Of a DNA stretch of 64,000 nt, positions 35,318-46,295 are shown piece after piece (position 1 is the stretch's first letter; each line of letters starts with the position of its first letter). The translations under genes and the position numbers were made by a program. The notes under the pieces are model-generated. The model made no database searches. It had not been told where the DNA came from and saw only the letters and a program-made list of their open reading frames with translations. The DNA is from a virus: positions 1 through 64,000 of IMG/VR virus record IMGVR_UViG_3300033145_000849; one strand, 5' to 3'.

Positions 35318-37516
35318 CTAGCTGCTTATTTTAATCCTATAACTATCTAGTTCTGGTGTAATGTTAGGATCTGTAGTTTGTAAAACTGCCTTAAATCTCA
35401 AATACTTATATAAAGTATTGGCTGATTTAAACTTCATAGTATATTTCTCATTCATAAAGTCTGAGTTATTCTCATTAACCTTTACTAAAAAGACATTCAT
35501 TGGTCCCTGCTCATCAGTATCAGCTACACCATCTGTTGTTCTTCCAGTATCTCTTGCATCTGTGTCAATTGCAAATTTGCTATAGTCATCAATAGGTACG
35601 TTGTGAATCATATCAAAAACGCTGACTTCTTTCATAAAATGCTCAGCAACAATATCAAACCCTTTATATATCTCTTCATCGTCTTCTGGATAGGCACTTG
35701 GATAAGAAAAGCCTTCTACTAAGTATCTATGATTATAAGGATATAGACCGTCTTCTGTTTTGAGATCATCTAAATTTGCAACTCCAGATGTGTCTATTAC
35801 TTTCCAATTGTCTTTATGAATAAAAACCTTATGTCTTCCTCTGGCTATATTGGCTTTACCGGGCTGGCCAACTTCGTCTATAATAGCAGCCTTTGCACCG
35901 AAATCAATATCCATCCCTGTGGGGTTATCGACGTAAACCGTTGTTTTATAATAGGGATCTTCAAATCCCCAACCATTAGAATAATCTCTAACCTTTACGG
36001 TACTACCCTGAGTATTTACATTTCTCCATAGTTCAAGGGTGTTTTGAGCAATAGTTATATTATTGGGATTCATTTGGTGGTCAAGAATACGGTCGTTATT
36101 ATTATAGAAAGAGTACCTGACCTCAGAAGCTAGACCAGAAGCAGTAACAGCTGCAGCTCCACTAATAGACTGAACCATAGTAAGGCTCTTGTCAGGATTC
36201 ATAAACTTCTCTGTTGCAGGAGCAGATCCATAAGAGGAGTTATATGAAGGAGCTATATTTTCTATGGTAATAGTGTCTAAGTCTCCAAAGTCTAAGACAG
36301 TTGGCTTTGTAGGATTGTCTCTGTTCTCTGGATCTATAGGAGTAAAAATGGCGGTTGATATTGGTATAGTAGATTCGGTAGAAGCTGTTACAAAGTAACT
36401 AATAGAGGTGCCAGCAGGTATGTTTTCACATATCTCTAAAGCTATCTTGCTGAACTCATCAGACTGGCCATCTATATCTAGGACAGACAAAGATTGTGAA
36501 ATAAAGTTGACATCCGTGTTCTCAGTAAAGCCTTCATTGTAAAATGATATTTCATCCATGCCAAATTCATAAAGGTATTCATTATGCTGAAGTGCGTCAT
36601 AGCCGGTTTTGGTCATAATGAACTTTACATACTTAGCAGTGACTGGGGTGAACTGAAAAGTAGACTTGTCTACTAAGTTTCTAGTGAAAGAATCTGTAGG
36701 CAACTGAAGCCAATTATAGTTATCAGTTGAATACATAGGAGTAATCTGCACAGAACTATTAGTATTGGACATATGTAAGTCGATATCAATACGTGAAATC
36801 TCATGTTCTTTTCCAAAGAGAATCTTAAGCTCAGCAGTAACAGGCGAGGGTTGATTCATATATACCCTTTCCTGGTAATAATTAGTGGCGTCACTGACTG
36901 CATACTTTGGTCTAGAACCTTCTGCTTCCACCTTAGATTTCCAATTGTTTTTACTTAAGACATAGAACTCCACATCTTTGTCTTCTAAATTCTCTAGGTT
37001 GACCCTGGTTGCACCAATAGAAGAGGTTCCAATCTGAACAATACCTTTGTCTATATTGACATAGGCAGTAGAATTCGTGAGGTCTGTCTTGGATGTATCT
37101 ACAAAGTTGTCTTGTATGAAGTTGAAGTATCCAGCTGTATCTTCTGACAGAAGCAAGAGAGAGGTAATCTTCTCTTCTAGATTATTGAGACGAGTTTCCA
37201 GAAGTCTAGATTCGTCCCTCCATCTGTTAAAGTTTTTAATAGACTGATCTGAAACCTTGAAAAGATGTCGATATAAGACCTGTAGGTCTCTTAACACATC
37301 GGAATTAGTAGTGTTATATAGACTAGAACTAGAAGAAGTGTTCTCTGCTACCAGGTAGTTCTTGGCTATAAATAAAGCTTTGCTAATATCGTTGGTCTCT
37401 TCAAACTCATCAAATCGATCCTCAATCTCAGTAGAAGAAGGATTTTCACCTTCTGCTAGGATCTCTCGGATAATCTGTTCAACTAAATATTCAGCATAGG
37501 TATTTCTAATTGGCAT
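35318..37516 (-). CDS. large virion/baseplate-associated protein (paralog A)
   Basis: Helical N-terminus, discoidin/galactose-binding-like segment, C-terminal TPELDSYRIKI. Confidence 0.65.
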   Translation of the reverse strand: MPIRNTYAEYLVEQIIREILAEGENPSSTEIEDRFDEFEETNDISKALFIAKNYLVAENTSSSSSLYNTTNSDVLRDLQVLYRHLFKVSDQSIKNFNRWRDESRLLETRLNNLEEKITSLLLLSEDTAGYFNFIQDNFVDTSKTDLTNSTAYVNIDKGIVQIGTSSIGATRVNLENLEDKDVEFYVLSKNNWKSKVEAEGSRPKYAVSDATNYYQERVYMNQPSPVTAELKILFGKEHEISRIDIDLHMSNTNSSVQITPMYSTDNYNWLQLPTDSFTRNLVDKSTFQFTPVTAKYVKFIMTKTGYDALQHNEYLYEFGMDEISFYNEGFTENTDVNFISQSLSVLDIDGQSDEFSKIALEICENIPAGTSISYFVTASTESTIPISTAIFTPIDPENRDNPTKPTVLDFGDLDTITIENIAPSYNSSYGSAPATEKFMNPDKSLTMVQSISGAAAVTASGLASEVRYSFYNNNDRILDHQMNPNNITIAQNTLELWRNVNTQGSTVKVRDYSNGWGFEDPYYKTTVYVDNPTGMDIDFGAKAAIIDEVGQPGKANIARGRHKVFIHKDNWKVIDTSGVANLDDLKTEDGLYPYNHRYLVEGFSYPSAYPEDDEEIYKGFDIVAEHFMKEVSVFDMIHNVPIDDYSKFAIDTDARDTGRTTDGVADTDEQGPMNVFLVKVNENNSDFMNEKYTMKFKSANTLYKYLRFKAVLQTTDPNITPELDSYRIKISS

Positions 37517-40500
37517 TATACTAACCTGCTTTTGGTTATAATCTTGAGAGAATAGTCCTTAAGCACTGGGGAAAAGAAGGGTTCTAGTTCGGAGATATCT
37601 GGCCGAGTTGATGCGACATAGTCATATGATACCTGATAGTATCTATTTACCTTTCCACCAGTGGTCAGGGGAGTGTTCATACTCTTAATAATCTCTCTAT
37701 CGTTAATAGTAATCTTATTGTTTCCTTGGTCTAGGGTCCAGTCATCTTCTTCAACTTCTCTGGCAATATTATACTTGGCTCTGATGTCTGTATATTCATA
37801 CATTACAGTAATTCCAGCTACTGTAGTATCATTTAAGAAGACTTCTCCAGTAGTATAATTGATAGAATAGGCTCCGGTTAAGTTAATCTGAGGATTTACG
37901 TAATAATAACTGACATATCCAGGATCAGCTATAGGAACAGCCGCTGGATCTGCCCAATAGATGATTTGGCTATTTAGTCTATCTATAAAATAGTCCCCTG
38001 TAGCCACCACGTCGATCGCTACGGTCTTTTCATCAGTAAACACTAGCTGGCTAGTCAAATCTACAGAAAAGCTGTTGTCGTTGATTACAGTAAGCTTAAA
38101 GGGTATAGAGATAGCCTCTCCCCCAACGATTATCGGGTCTAACTGTTCCTTAGCATATACTGCTCCAAGAAGCTCAGTTCTACCATCGATAAAGTCCCGC
38201 TTTAAGTCTAGTACGTCGGTGATGTTCCCAGAAAAAACTACTGTTCCCTTAACTGGAGCTAAGTTCGCTAAATTAAAGTACTTTACCCCAGTAGGGACTG
38301 TTTCGGAATCTTTTATTTCAAAGGTCTGAAAAGCATTATTGCTAATAGAAATAGAATTAGCTACTCCACCGTCACTTATGAAGCTCCAATCATTCTCAGT
38401 TAAAGTGGTTCGTGGACGATAAAAATAGGTAACGGTACTGTCATAGGTAACTCTAGTCCTGTTCTCTGAATATAGAACCCCATTAGTAAAGTCTAAAGAG
38501 TACTCATTGTGCCCAATATCTTGGAACTCAGATGAGCCATCTACAAAATTGACTCCACTCTGAAATGTACTTGTATCTGAAAAAGAGATAGGATAATCGG
38601 TTGAGTCATCAATAATATCCTCTTCCAAGGAGTGCCTAACAGCTCCCTTGTCAAGAACTTCTGTTTTAATTTCAATAGGATGGACCACCTGGATCGTCAT
38701 ATTCTTCTGGTCATTTGAACAAGGATATTCTAAAGGTGAGATATGGTCGACTCCTATACCTGGAGAGAGCCTTTCTTCATTAAGAGTCATTGAAACAATA
38801 GAAGAAGAAGGAGGGGCCTTGCCAGTAGTTCCATCCCCAAACTCTAAGGTAGCCTCATTGAAGTTAATAGCATAATGAAGATCAGTTGAAGCACTGTCTG
38901 AAGTTAGATTCCTGGTCCATAACTGACCACCTATATAGATGTTCTGAGCATCTTCTTCGTCAAGATACCAATAGCCACCTGATTCAACCTTGGCCAGGTT
39001 GCGCTTGAAAGGTTTGAAGGGAAGATGATATTTTTGACCAGCAGCATTACCTACAGCTATATTATATTGAACTTCATCTTTACCTCGACTACCAAAAGAT
39101 GGATCAATTATCTTTGTTGTTCCATCTACAGGAGTTTCTTCTAGGGTAATATTGAAAGGAGTAGTAGATGGAGGTGTATGTAGCTCCGTCTTAGAACTAA
39201 TGTCTTGAGCTAGTTCGTCAGAGTCTCCAGTGAAGGCGTCTGTAAATCTCTCAAGTGTTGCTTTATACCTTAAGGAGAAGACAGGATTGGCCGTTTCTAT
39301 TGCTTTCTCTGACACTCCATTGAAATCAAGAAGCTCTGGAATCTCTTGTATTACATTAGCAAGACCTACTGATTCTTTTGGTCTAATCTGATGCCAGGTA
39401 ACTCCATTGTCAGGGGAAACAAAATGAGAAATAGAAGCTAATTTAGATACGGTATTAGAATCCGGTTTTTGATTGCTCTGTAAAACAACCTTTTTAATCT
39501 CGTCTTTTACCTGATATTCAGCAGAAATCATTTCACCTTTGTTTAAGTAAGGAATGCTTTGAATTTCTACATCTTTAATACCAATAGCATAACGAAGCTT
39601 TGAGACGTCTCCTTCTGCAACAATAGGATAGACACTTTCCTGTCTCAATGTTAGATGGAGATACTTTGCCTTTCTTGGAGTAAAAGTATATAGACCTTGA
39701 CCAGCATACTTAGAAGTACTGGGAGCTAAAGTAAATTCATTCTTTTCATCTTCAGCAGTGAATCCAGCAATAGGAATATCGTCCTTGATACTAACAAAAT
39801 TTTTACCATCAACAGATGTGTCAATTGCTAAGATTTCTATCTGGGTTTTAGCTCCAAAATTATTAGGATTGACCCTAACAAAATTGACAATCTTCTCATC
39901 ACCTAAGTTGATAGTAAAATTTAAGACAAGAGGAATTCCGTCATCTTTTTTTGCTGGTAAAACACGTTCATACTCAAACCAAGTATCAGCATTATTGTCT
40001 AGTATGGTTGACATGTCACCATTGTGATCAGCACCAAACTCTTGATTATTACCACGAACTCCATTGCTGTTAGAGTTGATTACTGGTACTTCAGTTGGAG
40101 TAATAGCTACCTGAACTGACCTGTTGGCAGGTAGGGTAATTATACCTTCGACTTGATTTATCTCAGCTTGAGTCGAATTTAGAAGAGGAGTATTAAATTG
40201 TATTCTATTCATATTGTTAAAAGAATCACCAAAGAAGATAGCATCTTTAGTTGAAAGATCTGAGAAGAGAATAAAATCTGCCAATTTAGAAGATACAGAT
40301 TTCATCTTTCTATTCAGTCTATTTAAACGAGACGACATATAGTTAAAGTTACCAAGGACAACTCCCTCTAAGTTTTCAAACTCAGAGAAAACAACATTTA
40401 AATCGTCCCTTATCTCTTCAAAATTACTATTGAAATCAACTGGATCAGGAACTGTATTAGCAATAGTATCAGCTGGAGTGAACGATGGTTCAGATAAGTC

Positions 40501-40668
40501 TTTGTAAAACTTGCTTAATATCTTAATAGACTCGCCAACAATCTGCTCCATAGTATTCAGGTCTGGATTGACGCCTGTGGGATGGGCATCTTTTTGCAGA
40601 CGAATAGCTAGCTTGGCTAGCTTGTTCCTCAAGAGCATACTGGTTTCTGGCGTAGTGTGCTTATTCAT
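37516..40668 (-). CDS. large virion/baseplate-associated protein (paralog B)
   Basis: 1050 aa. ILDNNADTWFE, LEFGDGTTGKAP (baseplate-wedge-type motif), C-terminal SPVLKDYSLKI. Confidence 0.7.
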   Translation of the reverse strand: MNKHTTPETSMLLRNKLAKLAIRLQKDAHPTGVNPDLNTMEQIVGESIKILSKFYKDLSEPSFTPADTIANTVPDPVDFNSNFEEIRDDLNVVFSEFENLEGVVLGNFNYMSSRLNRLNRKMKSVSSKLADFILFSDLSTKDAIFFGDSFNNMNRIQFNTPLLNSTQAEINQVEGIITLPANRSVQVAITPTEVPVINSNSNGVRGNNQEFGADHNGDMSTILDNNADTWFEYERVLPAKKDDGIPLVLNFTINLGDEKIVNFVRVNPNNFGAKTQIEILAIDTSVDGKNFVSIKDDIPIAGFTAEDEKNEFTLAPSTSKYAGQGLYTFTPRKAKYLHLTLRQESVYPIVAEGDVSKLRYAIGIKDVEIQSIPYLNKGEMISAEYQVKDEIKKVVLQSNQKPDSNTVSKLASISHFVSPDNGVTWHQIRPKESVGLANVIQEIPELLDFNGVSEKAIETANPVFSLRYKATLERFTDAFTGDSDELAQDISSKTELHTPPSTTPFNITLEETPVDGTTKIIDPSFGSRGKDEVQYNIAVGNAAGQKYHLPFKPFKRNLAKVESGGYWYLDEEDAQNIYIGGQLWTRNLTSDSASTDLHYAINFNEATLEFGDGTTGKAPPSSSIVSMTLNEERLSPGIGVDHISPLEYPCSNDQKNMTIQVVHPIEIKTEVLDKGAVRHSLEEDIIDDSTDYPISFSDTSTFQSGVNFVDGSSEFQDIGHNEYSLDFTNGVLYSENRTRVTYDSTVTYFYRPRTTLTENDWSFISDGGVANSISISNNAFQTFEIKDSETVPTGVKYFNLANLAPVKGTVVFSGNITDVLDLKRDFIDGRTELLGAVYAKEQLDPIIVGGEAISIPFKLTVINDNSFSVDLTSQLVFTDEKTVAIDVVATGDYFIDRLNSQIIYWADPAAVPIADPGYVSYYYVNPQINLTGAYSINYTTGEVFLNDTTVAGITVMYEYTDIRAKYNIAREVEEDDWTLDQGNNKITINDREIIKSMNTPLTTGGKVNRYYQVSYDYVASTRPDISELEPFFSPVLKDYSLKIITKSRLV

Positions 40669-40675
40669 CTATTAA

Positions 40676-40945
40676 TTATTCTACCTCTGCAGCAAATTTT
40701 CCTCTAAACTCCTCAAGGACTTTCATAAGAACATCAATCTTAGCAAGAGCTTCTTTGCCTTCAGATGCTTCTGAAAAGCTTAGATGAATCCTAAAGTTAT
40801 TGTCGTCATAACCATCAGCTCGACCTAGAACTAGGTTAGCATAAACCCAGCTATCTTCTTCATCTTTAGATACTCTTGCCATAACAAAAGCATCTTCGTC
40901 TCCTTTTTCACTAAGAAACTTTTTGGTAATATACATTTTTGCCAT
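40676..40945 (-). CDS. small hypothetical protein inserted in the structural operon
   Basis: 89 aa, charged. TAATG-coupled to the upstream gene, with GGAG RBS. Confidence 0.6.
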   Translation of the reverse strand: MAKMYITKKFLSEKGDEDAFVMARVSKDEEDSWVYANLVLGRADGYDDNNFRIHLSFSEASEGKEALAKIDVLMKVLEEFRGKFAAEVE

Positions 40946-42993
40946 TAGAACTCTCCTATAAACTTGTTCTCGTTGCGAGAACCAGTAATTAACATATACT
41001 CTTCAACTGCTGGAGACACATTCAAATTAGCTGAATTTCTCCTCATGATTATAACAAGATACATCTCTGCCTTAGCTATAGTATGAGACTGTCTTGTAGT
41101 CTCGAAAGAAATAATATTATTGGTACCTACTCTAACGCTCTGGTCTCCTATTAGGTCAACCACATCTAAAATCTCTGTATCTGAAGGAATGACAGCGGTA
41201 TTCGATACTACTGGAGTGTAGCTAACTGTATAGATATCTAGAGGTCGGACAGTATCTAAAATCTGAATACCTCTCCTCATAGAATGTCCATCATTTGGTG
41301 TAGCGTGAGTAATCTCGGTAGGATCATCAGCATCTACAAAAACCCAATCGTTCCCAGCCCCATAGGTTAAAATGGTTCCATTTCTGTATACAATAACATC
41401 CTCAGAATCTGCATCTGTGTAGAACATTAAAGACGCTTTGTCTGGATTGACTAAAAGCTCAGTACTTCTACGAGTAAATACAACTAGCTCATGGTAAATT
41501 CTATAAGCGTCTAACGGGAGAATTGGAACAATATTAGACGAAATTAAAAAATCATCATCACTAAAGAACTTTATGGTTAACCAATACTCAGTAGATCCAT
41601 GGTAAAATTTTGCATCTTCAGCTGTAGTTTGTGTAGGATATGTGTAATTATCTAAAGTTACAATACTCTCACCTGCAACTTGAGTTGGTCTAACTTCTGT
41701 TACTCTGAGAGCTACTTGTCCTGGCTTATCTACTGTTTGTTTTTTACTAACAAAGATAGATCTTTCCTTATAGGTATTAAAACCCAACTTGATATTGTCA
41801 AAACCAAGGACATATTCATAATACTTTTCCTCTGAATTTGTATTGTCTTTACGACCCATTACCTCATTAAGAATAAAATCAGATGTTAATATTTCCCTAA
41901 GGTCTTCGTTGATTGAGTCTTTATCTACTGTTAAGTTGTTTTGTCCTAATACTGCTCTGTGAAAATTAGACTCACCAAGTCTTTGTCTAAACTGTGTCTC
42001 TCTATAGTTGTACTGTAAGAATCGTAAAACAACCGCATTGCTGGTAGCTCTAGGAAAGTTTACTCTAGTTGGACCATCAATAGTTACGTTACCAGTACTA
42101 GCTGTCCTGCGGATATTGTTACCATCGTAATAATCAATCTGTACCAAGTTGATAGGAAAGATAGAAGCTGGTTCTATTTCAACAAAGTTAATGTCTTGAG
42201 AAGAAGGAAGTCTTATTACAACTTCCATATAAACTCCACTAGAACGAATGTCACTTAGAAGCAAAGGCACAACCCAATAAGTATTGTTCTTCTCATCTAT
42301 AATATTGTTAATGTTTGAATCTGGAAACCCTACATCTAATTCACTTCTTATACTGTAGTCATTTGACAACCAAGTAGCTTCTTTTGCTTTGATATATCTC
42401 AAGTCTTCTGACCCAAGAGTAATTCTTTCCCCAACCAAGTCTTTATAAGCATCTTCTTCGGAACCAATAGATCCACTTTTACGAGGATCTAAAAAAACAA
42501 GAGGACCATCTGCTGCAATTCGTGACAAAGAAAGAGTCTGTGATTCCCTAAAGGTATTGAATAAAGCATTGTCGAATCCTCTCTTGCTCTTATTGAGGAA
42601 CTCATACAGGGTAACCTGTGATTCTAATTCGTTGATACCATAGCGTAAGGACTTGATAGCAATCTTATTAATAGCGTTATGATGAGCTTCAATAATTGAG
42701 TCTAGAGTATCGGCTTCAGCAAAAGCCGCTTCTAGATCATCTGCTATTCTCTCAAGCATAAAATTGTATTGTTCAGAACTGGTGTCTTCTCCTGCTAGAG
42801 CTTTGAATAGTTCAAAAGTTGGTTTAATCCTTTCAGCTAGAAGCTCAGCAGTGAGATCTTTTAGCTTGGTACGAAATTCGTCCAAGTTCTTTATCTTACC
42901 ACTATCTCTTTCAGAGATCAGAATCTTGAGAATCTGATTTCCTTGAGTTAAAGGTAAGGATGTCCTAAATTTTTCTAAATAAGATGTGCTCAT
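40945..42993 (-). CDS. large virion/baseplate-associated protein (paralog C)
   Basis: Helical N-terminus, IIDEKNNTYWV, QDINFVEIEP, C-terminal SPAVEEYMLIT. Confidence 0.65.
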   Translation of the reverse strand: MSTSYLEKFRTSLPLTQGNQILKILISERDSGKIKNLDEFRTKLKDLTAELLAERIKPTFELFKALAGEDTSSEQYNFMLERIADDLEAAFAEADTLDSIIEAHHNAINKIAIKSLRYGINELESQVTLYEFLNKSKRGFDNALFNTFRESQTLSLSRIAADGPLVFLDPRKSGSIGSEEDAYKDLVGERITLGSEDLRYIKAKEATWLSNDYSIRSELDVGFPDSNINNIIDEKNNTYWVVPLLLSDIRSSGVYMEVVIRLPSSQDINFVEIEPASIFPINLVQIDYYDGNNIRRTASTGNVTIDGPTRVNFPRATSNAVVLRFLQYNYRETQFRQRLGESNFHRAVLGQNNLTVDKDSINEDLREILTSDFILNEVMGRKDNTNSEEKYYEYVLGFDNIKLGFNTYKERSIFVSKKQTVDKPGQVALRVTEVRPTQVAGESIVTLDNYTYPTQTTAEDAKFYHGSTEYWLTIKFFSDDDFLISSNIVPILPLDAYRIYHELVVFTRRSTELLVNPDKASLMFYTDADSEDVIVYRNGTILTYGAGNDWVFVDADDPTEITHATPNDGHSMRRGIQILDTVRPLDIYTVSYTPVVSNTAVIPSDTEILDVVDLIGDQSVRVGTNNIISFETTRQSHTIAKAEMYLVIIMRRNSANLNVSPAVEEYMLITGSRNENKFIGEF

Positions 42994-43425
42994 TTAAATC
43001 CTACTATCCGAGAAATAATAACCAATGTTTCCCGTTTGAATATCATGTTCTAGAACAAACCACTTCTTTTCCCATGGAGGAAGAATTGGAATATATTTAC
43101 TACCCTCTAGATAGGTATTGAAAGATACAATTCCTTGGGTTGAAGTTGCTCTATAATACAGATCTTTTTCTCCAGGTTCTATATATCTTTCTATGCGTCT
43201 TGTAGTTAGAGAAGGAACAGAACCAGATACCATGGTTTCATATGAATCAGATTGCCAATACTGTCCTGGTCCAATGATGCTCAGAAGTATTCCGTTATGT
43301 TCAAGGTCAACCTGAACCATATCTAAATTCTGGCTTCTTCTCCATGAGGCCTGACCTCTAGAGATTGCAGTATCTTCACCAACATAAGTAGTACTATTTG
43401 CAAAATGTTTGGTCCATTGACCCAT
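42994..43425 (-). CDS. hypothetical protein
   Basis: Likely start MGQW at 43425 behind GAGGA, which removes the overlap with the upstream gene. Confidence 0.6.
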   Translation of the reverse strand: MGQWTKHFANSTTYVGEDTAISRGQASWRRSQNLDMVQVDLEHNGILLSIIGPGQYWQSDSYETMVSGSVPSLTTRRIERYIEPGEKDLYYRATSTQGIVSFNTYLEGSKYIPILPPWEKKWFVLEHDIQTGNIGYYFSDSRI

Positions 43426-43438
43426 ATTAATCCTCTTC

Positions 43439-43984
43439 TTAACTCGTAAAAGTGTATGTAAGAACTTGGTCGAACTGTCTATAACCGATAGTGTCTTCAT
43501 TCTCAGGCACTTCAATCCTACATTGAAAGCTCACGTTTGGACTACTTCCAGTCTGTATGGTTCCTGTTGCTGTGGCGCCAGTGTCTGTAGTTATATCAAC
43601 AGCATTGACTGCATTATCTCCAACTGTTGTTCTAAATACAGCACCATTGGTTGGGCTTTTACTATTCCATACTGGCCAGACAGCATCAGGAAAATTGTTA
43701 GTACTGTCCATGTTTATCATAAATCCACCAAAACCATCAACAGTCCCATCGTCTCCCCAGCTTAGTAATTCTGCTATGTCAGCAACCGAAGTAGCAGATC
43801 CTGTATAGGTAGAAGAAAACTCTCTAACATAGAGTCCAACATCTGTGATTTCATTAACACCATCATGTCTAATAAAGAATTGTTTAGCTGTAGTATTAGC
43901 TCCATTACTTGCATTCGCATGGTCCACAGTTGAGGAAATAGCAGCACTCCCGTTTGTTAGTGACCAAATTATATTAACCGACAT
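43439..43984 (-). CDS. putative structural beta-sandwich protein
   Basis: 181 aa, T/S/G-rich, AAGGAG RBS. Confidence 0.6.
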   Translation of the reverse strand: MSVNIIWSLTNGSAAISSTVDHANASNGANTTAKQFFIRHDGVNEITDVGLYVREFSSTYTGSATSVADIAELLSWGDDGTVDGFGGFMINMDSTNNFPDAVWPVWNSKSPTNGAVFRTTVGDNAVNAVDITTDTGATATGTIQTGSSPNVSFQCRIEVPENEDTIGYRQFDQVLTYTFTS

Positions 43985-44001
43985 AGTTTATCTCCTTACT
44001 G

Positions 44002-46281
44002 TTATCCAGCTGTAGTTTTAATAGCCACCGTGGGGCCTGTGGATTCATATCCATCTGTATCAATAGCTCCTATCTTTACATAGTGTGTAGTTAACAGACT
44101 AAGCCCTGTAACTGTTGTGCTATTGCCGCTTGAAATATCTGCCATAGGAGAACTATTCCAGGTAGTAAATAGCTTATCTTGTTCAACGGAATAGTAAGCA
44201 TTATAAGTAATACTAGGTCCGTAACTTGGCCAATCAAAACTTACCATACCAGAACCAGGTGTTGTATCTATAATGGTAGGATCGATTCCATAAGTATCTA
44301 CAACTGCATAGCCTCCACCCTTCATGTGTTTATCAACAACATTTTTAATCTGGTCAATCGTAAGATCTCCACCATAGTCTGCAAGAAGAGACTGTGGAAC
44401 TTCTGCTTTAAAAGCTCCGACTCCTGGATATGGTCTCTGAGAATTACGATCCCAATACCAATCTATCTCTTTCTGTTCAAGCCTAGCGTCGTCAACGGAA
44501 TCGGCTTTGATTCCACCGCCCTGAATCCTAACATCAAAATTAGCTAAAGATTCTGGAGCAGTATGTTCTCCAACGTAAAGATCAGCTAAAACTAAAAATC
44601 TAGAGTTCTCTTCAAAGTTAGATAACGGAGTGCCAATTAAGTCTCCAGATTGTGTAACTGTAGAATCTAGAATAACACTCTCTACTGTATATTTGTCTAT
44701 GAAAGAAAATTCGTCTAGATAGTCTAAATTCACTCCTGATACTCTAGACTGTAATCCAGAAGTAGTAGACTCTATGTCATAGTAAAAGTCATGAGTTGGC
44801 AAACCATCACTAGTAAAATCATCTGCTAAAAGCTTTGTTGTTGATGGATCTATGCCAGAAGAGTTCTCGTCTGCTTGACTGGAGTAAATTATTTTTCCTA
44901 GAGTATCGATAACCAAATAGTAAACCGTACTCTCTAAGTCTCCAGTAGCAACATATTCTGGAGAGACATAAATGGCGATACGTTGTGTAAGTACATCTAG
45001 ATTGTTTACTGGATTGAAATCAATCTGAGTAAACTCATATTCTGTTTCTTCTGCATAATAGCTAACACTAACTTGGTCTGTTGCAGCAATTGGACCCTCT
45101 ACTTCAAGAAATCCATTTAGAGAATCAGCTGACAAAATACCATCTTCATAGTTGATGCTACCAGAATAATTGGTACCAACAATGGAAGGGTTATTGCTGT
45201 ATATATACTTTAAAGCATTGTACTTGTCTCTAACAACAACTTCTGTATACAGGTATAGGCCCGCAGATATTACAATTCCTTTAGGAAGCTTAACTAGGTT
45301 TTCCATAAGCCAAATAGCTTTCTGGTCTCCCTTGAATTTGTAGGGAGGAAAAGGGGTAAATGTTTGACTATTAAACTCAGCTACACGGTACTTATAGTTT
45401 TTCCAAGTGTTGCCATTAGTTTGAAGGGAAGTGATGAACTGTCCGTTTGTAAGGCTTACATTCCATGGAGCTGATAAGTCTAAGGCCGAGGGAGGCAATA
45501 TTTTTATTCTAGAACTAGAGAGTTCTTTATATGCATATCTCTGTACGATAGGCAGGGTAATTACAAACTGTTCTCCACCAACTTCTTCTTCGATCAGATA
45601 TTTTCTACGACCATCTGTATTGATATTAAACTCTGAATCTAAATCATCAAAACCAGCAGGTAAATAAGCGGACGTATTATTAAGTAATTCATGATAAATA
45701 ATAACCGATTGATTAGTACCACTGCCAGTACGAACTGTATATTGAATATATGTAACTTCAAATTCATCAGTAGCATCATTGTATACGTTTTCAAGATTAT
45801 TAAAAATCTCAGCTGTTGTGCTGTCTAGGTAATAGTCTACTACGTCTATGGAAGTAAAGTCTTTATCCGTAAACTCTACTGCTAGAAGAGTTGCATCGGT
45901 ATCGTCAGGGTCATAGTTCGCCAGAGTATGTACATAAAATAAAGGGGTTTCTGGTTTAGTAGGTGTCTCTGTAGTAAAAATATGAGTAACAACAAACTTG
46001 TCTACACTTAAGGTAAGGGTCTTTGTTGTAGCAGTAAAAATGTTAGTGGCAGAAGGAACTCTATTCTGGTTTAAAGAAGTACTTCTGTCTGAAATAAACA
46101 GATTGTTACCAGGAGTAGATTCTTGTCCAACAAGATAAGCTATATTAATATTATCTTGATTTGTTAGGGTTCTATAAACAACTTGTTCATGTCTCTTCTT
46201 AATATTAAGACGAGTGTCTGTATCTACCGTAACCGGCACTGCACTAACTTGAAACTGTTGTCCTAAAATACTAGTAGACAA
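44002..46281 (-). CDS. virion structural protein with C-terminal fibronectin type III-like domain
   Basis: DVRIQGGG...YWD...PYPG motif. FN3-like C-terminus VSFDWP..YNAYYS..VTGLS...YVKIGAID. Confidence 0.65.
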   Translation of the reverse strand: MSTSILGQQFQVSAVPVTVDTDTRLNIKKRHEQVVYRTLTNQDNINIAYLVGQESTPGNNLFISDRSTSLNQNRVPSATNIFTATTKTLTLSVDKFVVTHIFTTETPTKPETPLFYVHTLANYDPDDTDATLLAVEFTDKDFTSIDVVDYYLDSTTAEIFNNLENVYNDATDEFEVTYIQYTVRTGSGTNQSVIIYHELLNNTSAYLPAGFDDLDSEFNINTDGRRKYLIEEEVGGEQFVITLPIVQRYAYKELSSSRIKILPPSALDLSAPWNVSLTNGQFITSLQTNGNTWKNYKYRVAEFNSQTFTPFPPYKFKGDQKAIWLMENLVKLPKGIVISAGLYLYTEVVVRDKYNALKYIYSNNPSIVGTNYSGSINYEDGILSADSLNGFLEVEGPIAATDQVSVSYYAEETEYEFTQIDFNPVNNLDVLTQRIAIYVSPEYVATGDLESTVYYLVIDTLGKIIYSSQADENSSGIDPSTTKLLADDFTSDGLPTHDFYYDIESTTSGLQSRVSGVNLDYLDEFSFIDKYTVESVILDSTVTQSGDLIGTPLSNFEENSRFLVLADLYVGEHTAPESLANFDVRIQGGGIKADSVDDARLEQKEIDWYWDRNSQRPYPGVGAFKAEVPQSLLADYGGDLTIDQIKNVVDKHMKGGGYAVVDTYGIDPTIIDTTPGSGMVSFDWPSYGPSITYNAYYSVEQDKLFTTWNSSPMADISSGNSTTVTGLSLLTTHYVKIGAIDTDGYESTGPTVAIKTTAG

Positions 46282-46295
46282 TTAATTATTCCTTG

